From contig JBGPQP010000002.1 in assembly GCA_041489155.1 (NCBI GenBank), positions 37,262 to 101,261 on the forward strand: 64,000 nucleotides of DNA, written 5' to 3'. Under the pieces are notes generated by a model that was not told where the DNA came from, ran no database searches, and saw only the letters and a list, made by a program, of their open reading frames with translations. Position 1 is the first letter of the stretch, and each line of letters begins with the position of its first letter. Below are positions 44,846-55,700 of this stretch, piece after piece. A program made the position numbers and the translations under genes. This stretch comes from Candidatus Aenigmatarchaeota archaeon. GTDB lineage: Archaea; Aenigmatarchaeota; Aenigmatarchaeia; QMZP01; QMZT01.

Positions 44846-46096
44846 ATGAAACGCGTTTACATGGAGACATACGGCTGTTCTGCAAATCAGGCGCATGCCG
44901 AGACAATGCAAGGCGTCCTGGCAGACAACGGCTTCAGCATCGTGAAAAATTCAGAAAAGGCGGACGTGCTTCTCATAAACACATGCATCGTCAAAAGCCA
45001 GACGGAAAACAAGATAAGACACAGGCTCATGTATCTGGCGGAAAAATATCCCCGAAAGAAAATGCTCATAGCCGGCTGCGCTGCTGACGTTGGTTTGTTC
45101 AGGAACATCGCCAAGAATGCAGCCTTCCTGTCCTCGCTTAAGCCTGAAGATGCGGCTAGGTTGCTGAAAAACCAGACAAAAGAAAGCAAGAGGAAGGCCA
45201 GAAGAAACCCGCTCGTGGGCATAACCGAGATTGCAAGCGGCTGCCTAGGCAACTGCGCTTACTGCATAGTCAGGCTGGCGAAAGGCGACCTGAAATCAAG
45301 AAGCCCGGAGGCAATTGTGCAAGAAGTTGAAAACGCGATAAAAGAAGGCTGTGAAGAGATATGGGTAACATCGCAGGACTGCGGCTGTTACGGCCTTGAC
45401 AAAAAAACCGATCTTGCAGAACTTCTGGAAAAAATCGTTGGAATAAAGGGAAATTTCAGAATACGCATTGGCATGATGAACCCGGTACACATAGAACCAA
45501 TTACTGATGCTCTGATTGACATTTACAAGAACCCGAAGATATACAAATTTGTCCACATTCCGGTGCAGTCCGGCTCTGACAGAATTCTGAGACTTATGAA
45601 AAGAGGATACGGGGCCGGTGATTTTGAGAAAATTGTTGAACGTTTCAGGGGAGCAGTAGGGAACATGACCCTGTCAACGGACATAATAGTCGGCTTCCCT
45701 GGAGAAACAGAACAAGATTTCTGCAAAACGCTTGAGATGATAAAAAGAGTTAAACCTGACATAGTCAATTTATCTAAATTCGGCCCGAGGCCAGGAACTG
45801 AAGCAGCCAAAATGAAGCAGGTTGAAAACAGAATAATAAAGGAGAGATCATCAAAAATTGCGAGGCTTCTGAAGGAAATCGAAACGGGGAAAAATATGGA
45901 ATGGATCGGGAAGGAATGCGAGATAGTTATAACCGAAAGAGGAAAGAAGGCTAATCAGTTCATGGGAAGGAACGAAAGCTACAAGCCTGTTGTTGTTGAA
46001 AGTAAAAAGAACTTGATGGGCAAAGTCTTGAGGGTAAGGATTTCGGATGCCGACCAGACATATCTTAGCGCCGAAATCATTCAAAAGTCGGCATGA
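44846..46096 (+). CDS. radical SAM methylthiotransferase, MiaB/CDKAL1-like (archaeal MtaB type)
   Basis: YMETYGCSANQAHAE (UPF0004 domain), radical SAM CLGNCAYC, and a C-terminal TRAM domain (GKVLRVRISD). Confidence 0.85.
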   Translation: MKRVYMETYGCSANQAHAETMQGVLADNGFSIVKNSEKADVLLINTCIVKSQTENKIRHRLMYLAEKYPRKKMLIAGCAADVGLFRNIAKNAAFLSSLKPEDAARLLKNQTKESKRKARRNPLVGITEIASGCLGNCAYCIVRLAKGDLKSRSPEAIVQEVENAIKEGCEEIWVTSQDCGCYGLDKKTDLAELLEKIVGIKGNFRIRIGMMNPVHIEPITDALIDIYKNPKIYKFVHIPVQSGSDRILRLMKRGYGAGDFEKIVERFRGAVGNMTLSTDIIVGFPGETEQDFCKTLEMIKRVKPDIVNLSKFGPRPGTEAAKMKQVENRIIKERSSKIARLLKEIETGKNMEWIGKECEIVITERGKKANQFMGRNESYKPVVVESKKNLMGKVLRVRISDADQTYLSAEIIQKSA

Positions 46097-46505
46097 AACC
46101 GCTTGCCATCCCGATAAGCATGGGCACAAGGAAGATACTCAATGCGAAACCTATTATGCCTGTAATTATCGCGTGCGAGAACTTCATTTCCTTGAAGAAC
46201 ATTTTTATCAGTATTACCCATATCAGAATCGGCAAGACCCATGTTATCATCGGTATGAACGAGACATAAGGCGATATGAGTGCCACTACGCCAAGAAGGT
46301 TGATGATGTTTATTATGAGAACCACTAGAAACGCGTTCACCGGGTGAATCTTTTCCTTGAATTTCTTGCCGAATATTTCCACGATTACGAGAAGCACGAT
46401 GCCTCCTATAAGCGTGGACAATATCAGGTTCATTGCCAGCGTTATCGGGTGCGCGAAATCGACGCCGAGATTTGTGACCAGATTGGTCAATGCGTCTCCT
46501 GCCAT
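46077..46505 (-). CDS. integral membrane protein (4 TM)
   Basis: Four hydrophobic helices. No recognisable family. Confidence 0.4.
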   Translation of the reverse strand: MAGDALTNLVTNLGVDFAHPITLAMNLILSTLIGGIVLLVIVEIFGKKFKEKIHPVNAFLVVLIINIINLLGVVALISPYVSFIPMITWVLPILIWVILIKMFFKEMKFSHAIITGIIGFALSIFLVPMLIGMASGFMPTFE

Positions 46506-46536
46506 ATTAATAATTTGTCTGCTGCCGCTTTTAAAT

Positions 46537-48294
46537 CTACTTTACTGTTACCGATTTTGCCAGATTCCTCGGTGTATCTATTTCACATCCTCTCTGCAGG
46601 CCGAGGTGATAGGCCAGCAGCTGGATCGGGATTATGTTCACAAGCGGCGAAGCGAGACCGACATCCGGCGTCTTTATCCAGAAATCGAAAACGTCATATT
46701 TCTTCGGCCCGACTCCGATTATGTAACCGCCCCGCGCCTTGATTTCCATGGCGTTGCTTATCGTGTCATGGTCAGCGCCGCCTCCGGTCAGAACTATGCA
46801 GGGCGTGTTTTTTTCTATAAGCGCGATAGGCCCGTGCTTCAGCTCGCCTCCGGCGAAACCATGGGCGTGTATGTAGCTGACCTCCATTATCTTAAGGGCG
46901 GATTCCAAGGCGACCGGATAGTTGAGGGACCGTCCTATCACATAGATGTTCCTTTTCCTGCATATCTGCTTAGCCAAGTTCTTTATCCTTTCATCGTATC
47001 TGGGATTAAGCATGTCATTTATTTTACCGGCGGCGTCAAGCAGAAGCCATTTGCCTTCATCCATCTTGCCTTTGCATGCATATGCAATAAGATATATTAT
47101 TGCAAGCTGTGCGGTCGTGGCTTTCGTAGAAGCTACTGCTTTTTCCGGGCCTGCATTTATGAAAAAGGTGAAATCTGACATGCGGTCTAGTGATGAACCT
47201 TTAACGTTTATCAGCGATATTACCTTTACGCCTTTTGTCTTGGCCGCCTTCACGGCTTCCAAGACATCCGCAGTCTCCCCGCTCTGGGAAACGGTTATCA
47301 GCAGGGTTTTCTTTGTGAGAAAATCCGTGTAATTCGGGAATTCGGAAGAAACTATGTAATTGACATGCTTGTTGGCAATGGCAGAAAATATGTACTCGCC
47401 GGTATGGCATACGTTTCCGGCAGTTCCGCATCCTGTAAGGAAAACGCCGTAAGCCTTGTTTATCTCTTTTGCTACCTTCTCTATTTCCCTGTCGTTCTGG
47501 TTTATCGCCCTGATGATGGTTTCCTTCTGCTCCATTATTTCTTTTATCATGAAATGTTCGTAGTCGCCTTTCTCTGCCTGCCTCGCATCCCAGTCTATCC
47601 TTATTATCCTTTTTTCGATGTTCTTGCCGCTTTCTATGCTCAGGAATACTGGTTTTTTGTATCTTTCAAGAACGACCATTTCCCCGTCATCAAGATACAT
47701 GACATTGTTTGTTCTCTTCAGAAACGCGGGAACGTCCGATGCAATGAAGTATTCATTGCTGCCTACCCCGAGAATAAGAGGCGAGCCGTTCCTTGCGGCA
47801 ACGATGCCGTCAAAATCATCTTTTATGGCCAGAACAGCAGACCTGCCCTTCAATAATCTCATGGTCCTTCTCAAAGCTTCCGGCAGGCCGAGCTCGATGT
47901 TGTCTTCTATGAGATGCGCTACAATCTCGCTGTCGGTTTCTGATCTGAACACGTGCCCTTTCTTTGCCAGACTCTTCCTGATTGCCTCGAAGTTCTCTAT
48001 TATACCGTTATGGATTATTGCTATGCGCTTTTCGCAGTCAAGATGTGGGTGCGCATTCGCCTTGGAAGCCTTGCCATGCGTTGCCCATCTGGTATGCGCA
48101 ATCCCAAGGGAACCAGGAAGTTTTTCGAAGCCTGCCTCGCTTACCTTTCCCTTGCTCTTTCTTACCCATATCTTTCCGTTTTCAAGCGTTGCGAAGCCAT
48201 AGGAATCATAACCACGGTATTCGAGCTTCCGCAGACCATCAAAAAGCAGGGGTGTCGCGTCGCTTTTTCCTATGTAGCCTATTATGCCGCACAT
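46537..48294 (-). CDS. glmS: glutamine--fructose-6-phosphate aminotransferase
   Basis: MCGIIGY (Ntn Cys), AHTRWATHG, two SIS domains, C-terminal NLAKSVTV. Confidence 0.95.
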   Translation of the reverse strand: MCGIIGYIGKSDATPLLFDGLRKLEYRGYDSYGFATLENGKIWVRKSKGKVSEAGFEKLPGSLGIAHTRWATHGKASKANAHPHLDCEKRIAIIHNGIIENFEAIRKSLAKKGHVFRSETDSEIVAHLIEDNIELGLPEALRRTMRLLKGRSAVLAIKDDFDGIVAARNGSPLILGVGSNEYFIASDVPAFLKRTNNVMYLDDGEMVVLERYKKPVFLSIESGKNIEKRIIRIDWDARQAEKGDYEHFMIKEIMEQKETIIRAINQNDREIEKVAKEINKAYGVFLTGCGTAGNVCHTGEYIFSAIANKHVNYIVSSEFPNYTDFLTKKTLLITVSQSGETADVLEAVKAAKTKGVKVISLINVKGSSLDRMSDFTFFINAGPEKAVASTKATTAQLAIIYLIAYACKGKMDEGKWLLLDAAGKINDMLNPRYDERIKNLAKQICRKRNIYVIGRSLNYPVALESALKIMEVSYIHAHGFAGGELKHGPIALIEKNTPCIVLTGGGADHDTISNAMEIKARGGYIIGVGPKKYDVFDFWIKTPDVGLASPLVNIIPIQLLAYHLGLQRGCEIDTPRNLAKSVTVK

Positions 48295-48427
48295 GAGAAT
48301 TCATTCTCCTTCGTTATATAAACGCTTTATTGAAAAATTTTTCATAATATTACGCTTCCTTGAGCAGCATGTTTATATAACTTTGTTATGATAAAGTTTT
48401 AAATATTATAAAAAAATTTATAATATT

Positions 48428-49354
48428 ATGAAAGAGAAATACTACATCCTAAGAACCGGGAAAGCAAACGAAATCTCGAATGCGAAGGTTTTTGAAAGAC
48501 CCGAGGTCATGAAATCCATGACCAGCCCTCTAGGCATCAGAATACTGCAAGCGCTTTCTTCGCCGAAATGCCCGATGGATATAGCCAGAAAACTCGGCGA
48601 GCATGAGCAGAAAATCTATTATTATATAAACAAGTTCAGGAAACACGGCCTTATAGAAGAAATCAGAACGGAAAAAAGGAAAGGGACGCTGGCTAAATTC
48701 TACCAGATAACCAGCAACGCATTCATAGTCAGAATAGGCGAAACCAGATGGGAAAAATTTGACTCTTCCTCGCCACACCAGAAAAAATCGCTCGAACCTT
48801 TCATAAAGAATGGGAAAATTGATTTTACCATAATTATCGGCTCCCCTGATCCTCACGGCCCATGGAAGGAGCGCGCGCTGGATTCGCCGGCAGCGATTGA
48901 CCTCGCCCTTTTCCTGGGATCTTTTGCAAAGGAAAAGATTTCGCCCAATTACAAATTGGATATAGAGATTCGCGAAAAGGATCTGAAAAACAATCTGATA
49001 CTGATAGGAGGGCCCGTCGTCAACATGGTAACCAAAAGGCTGAACAAATCAATGCCCGTGAACTTCGATTTCAAGGGCAGGGACATAATGTCCGGCATTT
49101 CAAAAAACGTCTACAAGGACGACCAGTTCGGCATCATAAACCTGATCGAAAACCCATGGAACCGCTCGAAAAAGATTCTGGTTTTCGCTGGCAAGCGCTT
49201 TCCAGGGACGAGAGCGGCGATACTTGCCTTCATGAGCGATCCAGAGCGTATACTCAGAGGCAACCGCTTCGACCATTCGAAAATATCGAAGGTCGTCAGA
49301 GGATATGACATGGACGGCGACGGCATCATAGACAAGGCGGAGATACTGGAATAA
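48428..49354 (+). CDS. ArsR-like winged-helix regulator fused to an uncharacterised C-terminal domain
   Basis: MTSPLGIRILQALSSPKCPMDIARKLGEHEQKIYYYINKFRKHGLIEE (wHTH). C-terminal LILIGGPVVN... and a DMDGDGIIDKAE Ca-binding-like loop. Confidence 0.6.
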   Translation: MKEKYYILRTGKANEISNAKVFERPEVMKSMTSPLGIRILQALSSPKCPMDIARKLGEHEQKIYYYINKFRKHGLIEEIRTEKRKGTLAKFYQITSNAFIVRIGETRWEKFDSSSPHQKKSLEPFIKNGKIDFTIIIGSPDPHGPWKERALDSPAAIDLALFLGSFAKEKISPNYKLDIEIREKDLKNNLILIGGPVVNMVTKRLNKSMPVNFDFKGRDIMSGISKNVYKDDQFGIINLIENPWNRSKKILVFAGKRFPGTRAAILAFMSDPERILRGNRFDHSKISKVVRGYDMDGDGIIDKAEILE

Positions 49355-49365
49355 AAAGTCCTGTT

Positions 49366-50439
49366 TTATTTTAATTTAACAGTCCAATATGACGGATCTG
49401 GTTTAGCTCCCATTTCCCTCTTAAAATCATCCAGACTTTTGAGTTCGGACCCTCCAAGGAGAACTTCTTCAATACCATTTGATTTCAAATCTTCAAACAG
49501 TGTGAGATAAGCTCCTATTGGCATCGCGGTTAAACCTCTTTTCCTTTCTGGTTCATTTCCGAGAATTTCATCGACATTCCTTATCGTAAATGGTGTATAT
49601 AACGCGACTCTTCTGTCAGAAACCTTTTCGCCAACAAACAATGAGACGGGCACGCAGTCATCCAAAAAACCGAGATATGAAAATACCGAATTCAATTTTG
49701 TCAAGTTCGGATCTATGGAGTTATAATGGTCTTCTGGAACCGAACTGATTTGTCTACCCATTTTCCTGAGCATCTCAAAATGTTTTCTTATAATTAGTTT
49801 TGCAGTATCATGATCTTCTTTTCCGTGATAACGCCTAAGATTATACTCCAAACCATTTCTTTTCAAGAAATTATCGAACCTGTTGGATGCCAGCCTTAAT
49901 TTTCTATTGGTAATATCGTTTAGAGTTATCAAAGAATGTGAAAAGGTCTCGTCTTCTCTGGGAGCAGACTGATGCCATGGATTATTGGATTCATCGACGG
50001 ATACGAAACCCTCATAAAGCAATTCATCTTGTTGCTTTCTTGCCAAAAAGCGCACATAAACTCCTTTGCAGAGTATTTTGCAATCACTTATTGCAACATC
50101 AGTAAATTTCATGATTTTCTTTGTCGCGTTTTTACCTCTTGGTGCAACCACAAAAAGATAACCATCAGACTCTTCTGGTTCCAACTCTTTCCTATAATAG
50201 CCGATGGAAAATAAGGTTTCCCCATCTTCAAAAACCATCCCGTAGGGATACCTTGAACTTCTTCCCCTAGGATTAAGGCCGTTTGAATAAAGAGCGAAAG
50301 CTAAATTACTTAGTCCATAGCTACCGTCTTTATACTTTTCGATTATTCCACTTTCTTTTGGAGTATAGGGTCTGACTACCCCCTTAAACTTGTTTAACAA
50401 AATGCTTTCTGCGATATCTCTCCTGGTACCTATAGTCAT
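49366..50439 (-). CDS. hypothetical protein (357 aa), possibly DUF2156/GNAT-fold like
   Basis: Clean long ORF in a conspicuously AT-rich stretch. Only a weak resemblance to the lysyl-PG-synthase C-terminal fold (..VLLGGSELKSLDDFKREMGAKP..). Confidence 0.4.
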   Translation of the reverse strand: MTIGTRRDIAESILLNKFKGVVRPYTPKESGIIEKYKDGSYGLSNLAFALYSNGLNPRGRSSRYPYGMVFEDGETLFSIGYYRKELEPEESDGYLFVVAPRGKNATKKIMKFTDVAISDCKILCKGVYVRFLARKQQDELLYEGFVSVDESNNPWHQSAPREDETFSHSLITLNDITNRKLRLASNRFDNFLKRNGLEYNLRRYHGKEDHDTAKLIIRKHFEMLRKMGRQISSVPEDHYNSIDPNLTKLNSVFSYLGFLDDCVPVSLFVGEKVSDRRVALYTPFTIRNVDEILGNEPERKRGLTAMPIGAYLTLFEDLKSNGIEEVLLGGSELKSLDDFKREMGAKPDPSYWTVKLK

Positions 50440-50533
50440 TTTATCACTAAATGATAGTTATTACTAGACTATATTAAATATTGTAGTAAAAACTTTTACG
50501 AAAATATTTAAATATGGAAGGCAATCTAATTTT

Positions 50534-51259
50534 ATGAAAGAAGTGCTGAAAGAGCTTGGCCTCACGAACAACGAGATTGAGGTGTATCTAACGCTCCTGA
50601 GAAAGGGGTCGATATCGGTCAATGAGATTGCGCAGCGATCAGGCCTTCACAGGCAGGCCGTTTACGACGCGCTGGAGCGGCTTCTCGAGAAAGGGTTCGT
50701 CAGCTTCGTCATAAAAAACGGCAAGAAATATTTCCAAGGAATTGCTCCCGGAAAAATACTGGGCTACCTCAAGGAAAGGGAAGATAGATTCAGGTCGATA
50801 TTGCCTGAACTGATAGGTATGACCAAACTCCCGATGGAAGACACGACGGTCGAGGTTTTCAAGGGCAGAAGAATCGTAAAAACAATCTACAGGGACATAA
50901 TAAATGAATTCCAGAAAAAACCCGGGGAAATCTTTATTTCAGGGGTCGATGAGAGGAGATTTGTGGATGAGGATAAAATCGCCCTGTACCAGCACTTGAA
51001 GAGGCTTCAAAAATTAGATTGCTCCGAGAGGATACTGGTAAAGGAAGGTGATACTTATTTTGTCAAAGGTACCCAGACTGAATACAGATGGATTCCTAAG
51101 GAATCGTTTAACCCGACTCCGATTTATGTATATGGCAACAAGCTCACAATAGTTATCTGGGGCAGTCCAAATTACGCGATAATAATCGAGAATAGAAATC
51201 TAGCCGATTCGTACAGGAAGCAGTTCAATCTGCTTTGGAAGATTTCCAAAAGGGTGTGA
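50534..51259 (+). CDS. trmB: TrmB-family transcriptional regulator
   Basis: LGLTNNEIEVYLTLLRKGSISVNEIAQRSGLHRQAVYDALERLLEKGFV is the TrmB wHTH. Confidence 0.85.
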   Translation: MKEVLKELGLTNNEIEVYLTLLRKGSISVNEIAQRSGLHRQAVYDALERLLEKGFVSFVIKNGKKYFQGIAPGKILGYLKEREDRFRSILPELIGMTKLPMEDTTVEVFKGRRIVKTIYRDIINEFQKKPGEIFISGVDERRFVDEDKIALYQHLKRLQKLDCSERILVKEGDTYFVKGTQTEYRWIPKESFNPTPIYVYGNKLTIVIWGSPNYAIIIENRNLADSYRKQFNLLWKISKRV

Positions 51260-51300
51260 TGACACATCCTTTATTTAAAATTTTAAGGGAAATAATCAAC

Positions 51301-51528
51301 ATGAAAACTGGAGAAAAAGGCAAGGACCGGGATTTGCCGGTCATACTTTACGGCTTTATTATAGTAATCATAGCAGTGCTTGGAATACTGGCCTTGAATT
51401 TAGGTGCGAGCCGCATAACGGGAGGTATCGCTTCCCTTTCCCAGTCACCTGAAATAATGCTTGCCATGGTGTTTTTTGCAGTGGTTCTAATCGGCGGGTT
51501 TTATCTGTTCAAGAACAAGGAAGTATGA
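51301..51528 (+). CDS. small membrane protein (2 TM)
   Basis: LPVILYGFIIVIIAVLGILALNL and MLAMVFFAVVLIGGFYLF. Start set at the ATG at 51301 to avoid overlap with trmB. Confidence 0.4.
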   Translation: MKTGEKGKDRDLPVILYGFIIVIIAVLGILALNLGASRITGGIASLSQSPEIMLAMVFFAVVLIGGFYLFKNKEV

Positions 51529-51538
51529 TCAAAAAACA

Positions 51539-52732
51539 TTATTCGAAAATCATTGCTCTCGGCTGTTTCGAGCGCTCTGTCTCCCGCTCCTCGAACATTC
51601 CGATTGCCTGATCTATATCGGTTTTCATCTTCTCAAAGCGCTGCTCGTAGTTATTGACGAAGTCGTTTATGAACTGCGTCATGTGGGCGCGGAATACCTT
51701 TATCTCCTCTGACTTCTTGGCGAGGTCCGACGAGGTTTTCGCCTCGCCCAGCGAGAGACGTGCAATTATTTTGTCGCTTGCCTCGTTAAGCTTTGCGACG
51801 AGATTCTCCTTGAAGATCTTGTTTTCCTCGGCGAATTTCGCGAAATTCTCCTCGCTGATTTTCTTAAGGTTTTCAAGGCCGAGTTCTACGTTCTTCAGCC
51901 TGTGGTCGAAATAGGAATCCTTTTCCTTCATGGAATCCAAGCGCCCTGCAACGTTCTTGAACTCGTTCATGAGCGAGCCGAAGTCCCTCTTGAGATTCTC
52001 CTTTTTCACGCTGAACATGTCGAGCTTGCCTGCAACGCTCATTTCGAACTCCTCTATTTTTGCTTTCTGCTCGTCAGCGAATTTCTCGAAGTCCTTTACG
52101 TCCTTCGTCAGCCTAGCTTCAAGGGCTTTTGCCTTCGCGACCTCTGACATCAGCTCTTTTTCGACTAAATTCATCCTCTCGTTTATTCCGCTTTTCAATG
52201 CATCCTGCCTTCCCGAGAGCTCTGAAATGGATTTGTTCAGTAAATTCACATCATTACAAAGCTTAGCGATGTTTTTGGCGTATTCCTCGTTTCTTTCGAT
52301 GGTTTTTCGTATGCTTTCCTTCAAAGCCTGTGTATCTTTGAGGTTTTTGTCCATCGTGTCCTTTAACTGAGAAGAAAGGGTGGCGCTTATCGCTTTCGAC
52401 CTTTCAGTAAGCTGTGCATTTATCTCCCTTCCTATGAGCTTTATGTCCTCCTCTGACTTATTTTTCAGGGCAATCTGCTTGCTCTCGACAGAAGCGATTG
52501 CCTTTTCAAGCGAGCTCATGAAAGAGCGGATATTCGTAAGCGTGTCGTCTTTTCTCTCGAGCTTTTCCTGCGCGATTTGCAGTTCGCCCTTGAGAAGCCC
52601 GATTTCCTGCGAGTTTTTGTCGCCCGTTTTTTTCACCTGTTCAATTATGTAGTCGTGTTTCTGGCGAAGCTCTTCTTTCTCTTTCTTTATCTCGTTTATT
52701 CTTTCCTTTATCCTGTCAATTTTTTCGCTCAT
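51539..52732 (-). CDS. coiled-coil protein (397 aa), last gene of the MinD/coiled-coil operon
   Basis: K/E/L-rich and poor in Pro/Cys/Trp, with heptad-like hydrophobic spacing throughout. ATGA overlap with the upstream gene (52729-52732). Confidence 0.6.
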   Translation of the reverse strand: MSEKIDRIKERINEIKKEKEELRQKHDYIIEQVKKTGDKNSQEIGLLKGELQIAQEKLERKDDTLTNIRSFMSSLEKAIASVESKQIALKNKSEEDIKLIGREINAQLTERSKAISATLSSQLKDTMDKNLKDTQALKESIRKTIERNEEYAKNIAKLCNDVNLLNKSISELSGRQDALKSGINERMNLVEKELMSEVAKAKALEARLTKDVKDFEKFADEQKAKIEEFEMSVAGKLDMFSVKKENLKRDFGSLMNEFKNVAGRLDSMKEKDSYFDHRLKNVELGLENLKKISEENFAKFAEENKIFKENLVAKLNEASDKIIARLSLGEAKTSSDLAKKSEEIKVFRAHMTQFINDFVNNYEQRFEKMKTDIDQAIGMFEERETERSKQPRAMIFE

Positions 52733-55700
52733 GATTCCACGTGCCTGAGAAGTTCTTCAAGCTCCTCTTCCTTCTCCTTTTTGGTTTTCGTGATGCTCTC
52801 AGCAACAGAATCGATTTTCTTTTCCGTTTCTCCAATTCTGATATTAAGCACGGACTCCTGTGTTTTCATGCGCTTTTCAAGATCCTTCATGAAGTCCCTC
52901 AGCTTAAGGTCAACATTGTCTTCTACTGCCCTGTTTATCGATTTAACATTCTCTATGACTAGGGTTCTCGCCTTTTTGACGGTGTAAACATCATCCCTTA
53001 CGGCTTCGATCTTGCCGCCAAGCCTTTCAATCTTCTCGCTCAACTTTTCAAGAACCATTTGCAGCTCTACCACCTCGGTCCTCAATGATTTTTTGGTTTC
53101 AGAGATGTCGCCTTTTTTGTCCTTTGAGAACGCCAGAAGTTTGTTGTCGATAAGCGAGGTGCTTTCCTTCATAACTTCGTTCTTTATGGAATCCTTTATA
53201 TCGTAAAACTTCTTGGTCTCCCCATCCAGGTCATTGAGCCTCCTGCCGATCTCGCCCTTGACTGCCATGAGTTCCTTGAGGGATTTGTTGGTTTCGATCC
53301 ATCTCTCTCTTTCGCCTGCTTGGAATTTGACCTTGAGGCTTTCGATGAGCGCATCGGTGTCTTTCTTTGCCTTTTCTGTTTTTTCGAGTCTTCTTGCCTC
53401 GCTCGTGTCGAAGTCCTTCTTGATGGACGAGAGTCTCTTTTCAAACTCTGCCTTCGCGAAGGAAAGGTCCGACTTTATCATGTCAAGATTATCCGAGATG
53501 TCTGAGATGGTCGCCTTGACCCTTTGTTCAACGTCAGCCTTCAGCTTTTCAACGACCTTGTCCACCTCTCCGGTCTTTTTGCCGGTGGCCTTGTCCACGT
53601 CGCTCGTAAGCTTCCCGATCGTTTTCCCGAGCTCAACCTTGAATTGTGAGAGGTTCGCTTCGACCTCCCTTACTCTCATGTCAACGGTTTTCATAAGCTC
53701 GTTTATCTTGGTGTCGGTGTCGTCCCTTGCGTTTTCGAATCTCTCCCCTATTCCTTCCACGATGTCCTTTACTCTTTCATTCACGCCCGAAAGGCTTTCC
53801 TTGTAAATCTCCTTCTTAAGCTCTTTCCTCATTTCGGATAATTCGGCTATTTTTATGTCGATTTGCTTCAGCTTCTCGTCTATCTTGCCTTTCTCCGCAA
53901 TGAATTCCTTGAGGGTCTTGTCGACCTCTGTGCGCTTCTGGACTTCTGTTTTCTGTATCTCCTTTTTGAAGTCGCTTATGGCAATATTTATTTCCCTTTC
54001 TTTTGCCTTGGCGTCGGCTGACACAGCGCTGACCATCGTTTCGAAGTCCCTGGATTTCTCCTTTATTATAGAGTCGAATTTCTGGCTCAGATTAACAGTG
54101 AAACTGTCAACCTCCTTTCTAAGGGAAGTGGTTTCGGCTGCAATCTGCTTTATCTGTGTGCTGGTGTTGGCTGCAAGTGCGGAAAATCTGCCATCGATGT
54201 CTTTTTGGAGAGTTTTTGAAAGCAGGTCTGCATTCTTGTCCATAGCTAGGTCGCGCTTTTCGAACTCCTTCCTAAGGGTTTCCATTTTCTTTTCGATATC
54301 TGCCTTTATGGAGGCGGTAATGCCCTGGAAGCTTGCGTTGAGATCGTCAACGTCGCTTTCCATGGCAGAAATCTTGTCAACCATGCTGTCCTCGACGACT
54401 TCGAACTTCTTCTCCAGTTCGTCGATTATCATCTTAAGCTTTTCCTGCACTCCGGCCAGGCTTTCCTTGGTTATCTGCTTGCGCAGGGTTTCGGAAGCAT
54501 GAGAGAACTTTTCCAGTTCTGCTGAAACCTCGTTTATCTTCTCGTCGACCTGGCCTTTCACGGCCATGAATTCCTTTATTATCCCGCTGATCTCCGCCTT
54601 CCTCTTGGTTTCGCCTGTTTCGGCGGATCTGTTAAGCATATCGATTGATTTCGCAAGGTTCGCTTTCAGGCCATCGATGTCCTCGTTTATGCCCGTTATC
54701 TGTTCGTAAAGCTTTTCAGCCTCTGCTTCAAGCCTCTTGCCGAGGGATGCGTTTATGCGGGTAAGGGACGCATCAAGCTTCTTCTCTCTTCTTTCCTCCC
54801 CTGCCTCGACCTTCCTGTTTATGGTCGCTACCAGTTTTTCGACTTCTTCCTTGGTGGTTATGAGGTCGGTTCTCAGCGAGCCGAGGTTCTTGTCCCAGAC
54901 ATTAGCTGAATCAAGGACCTGCTTGTCTACCTTGTCCTTCATGCCGGCAAGGACAGCGTCAAATTCCTTTGATTTCGAAACCATGAAATCGCGCGTGTCC
55001 ACCTTTGCTTTGCCCAGCGTTTTCTCAAGTTCGACCCTGAATCTGGTCAGCTCGCTTTCCGCGTCCATTATCTTCTTGCCAAGGTTCGCCTTGAGCTCTT
55101 CGACATCGCCGCTTACCTCGGCAACATGAGCATATATGTCGTCAGTCGTGTTTTCCAGCTTCTTGTTCAGCGCGCTGTTTAGCCTCGCCATTTCACTGTC
55201 TATTCTTTTCTCCCTTCTTTCCTCGCCTATCTCGACCTTCCTGTTTATGGTCGCTATCAGCTTTTCGACATCGCTTTTAAGGGCAACGATTTCGGTTCTG
55301 AGGGAGCCGAGCTTCTTGTCCCACTCGCTCGCTGACGCCTGAAGCTGGGCATTCATTTTCTCTTTCAGTTCAGCCAGAAGGGTGTCGAATTCCTTGGACT
55401 TGGTTGCGACAAAGTCGCGCGTGTCCACTTTGGCCTTGCTTAGCGTTTTCTCAAGCTCGACCCTGAACCTGTTAAGATGCTCCTCGGCCACAATAACCTT
55501 TTTGTCGACGTCCGCGGCAAGGCTGCTGAACTTGTCTTCCAGATTGGCAGAAAGCGTTTCAAGCGCCTGGTTCATCTCCTTCGTTTTCTTTACGTCAAGC
55601 CTCTCGACGATTCCTTCCATAGATGCGATGGCTTTTGAGAAATCGACCTTGGTTTTGTCGAGCTCCTCTGTCACGTGCGCCAGAGCCTCGCCCAGCTCCT

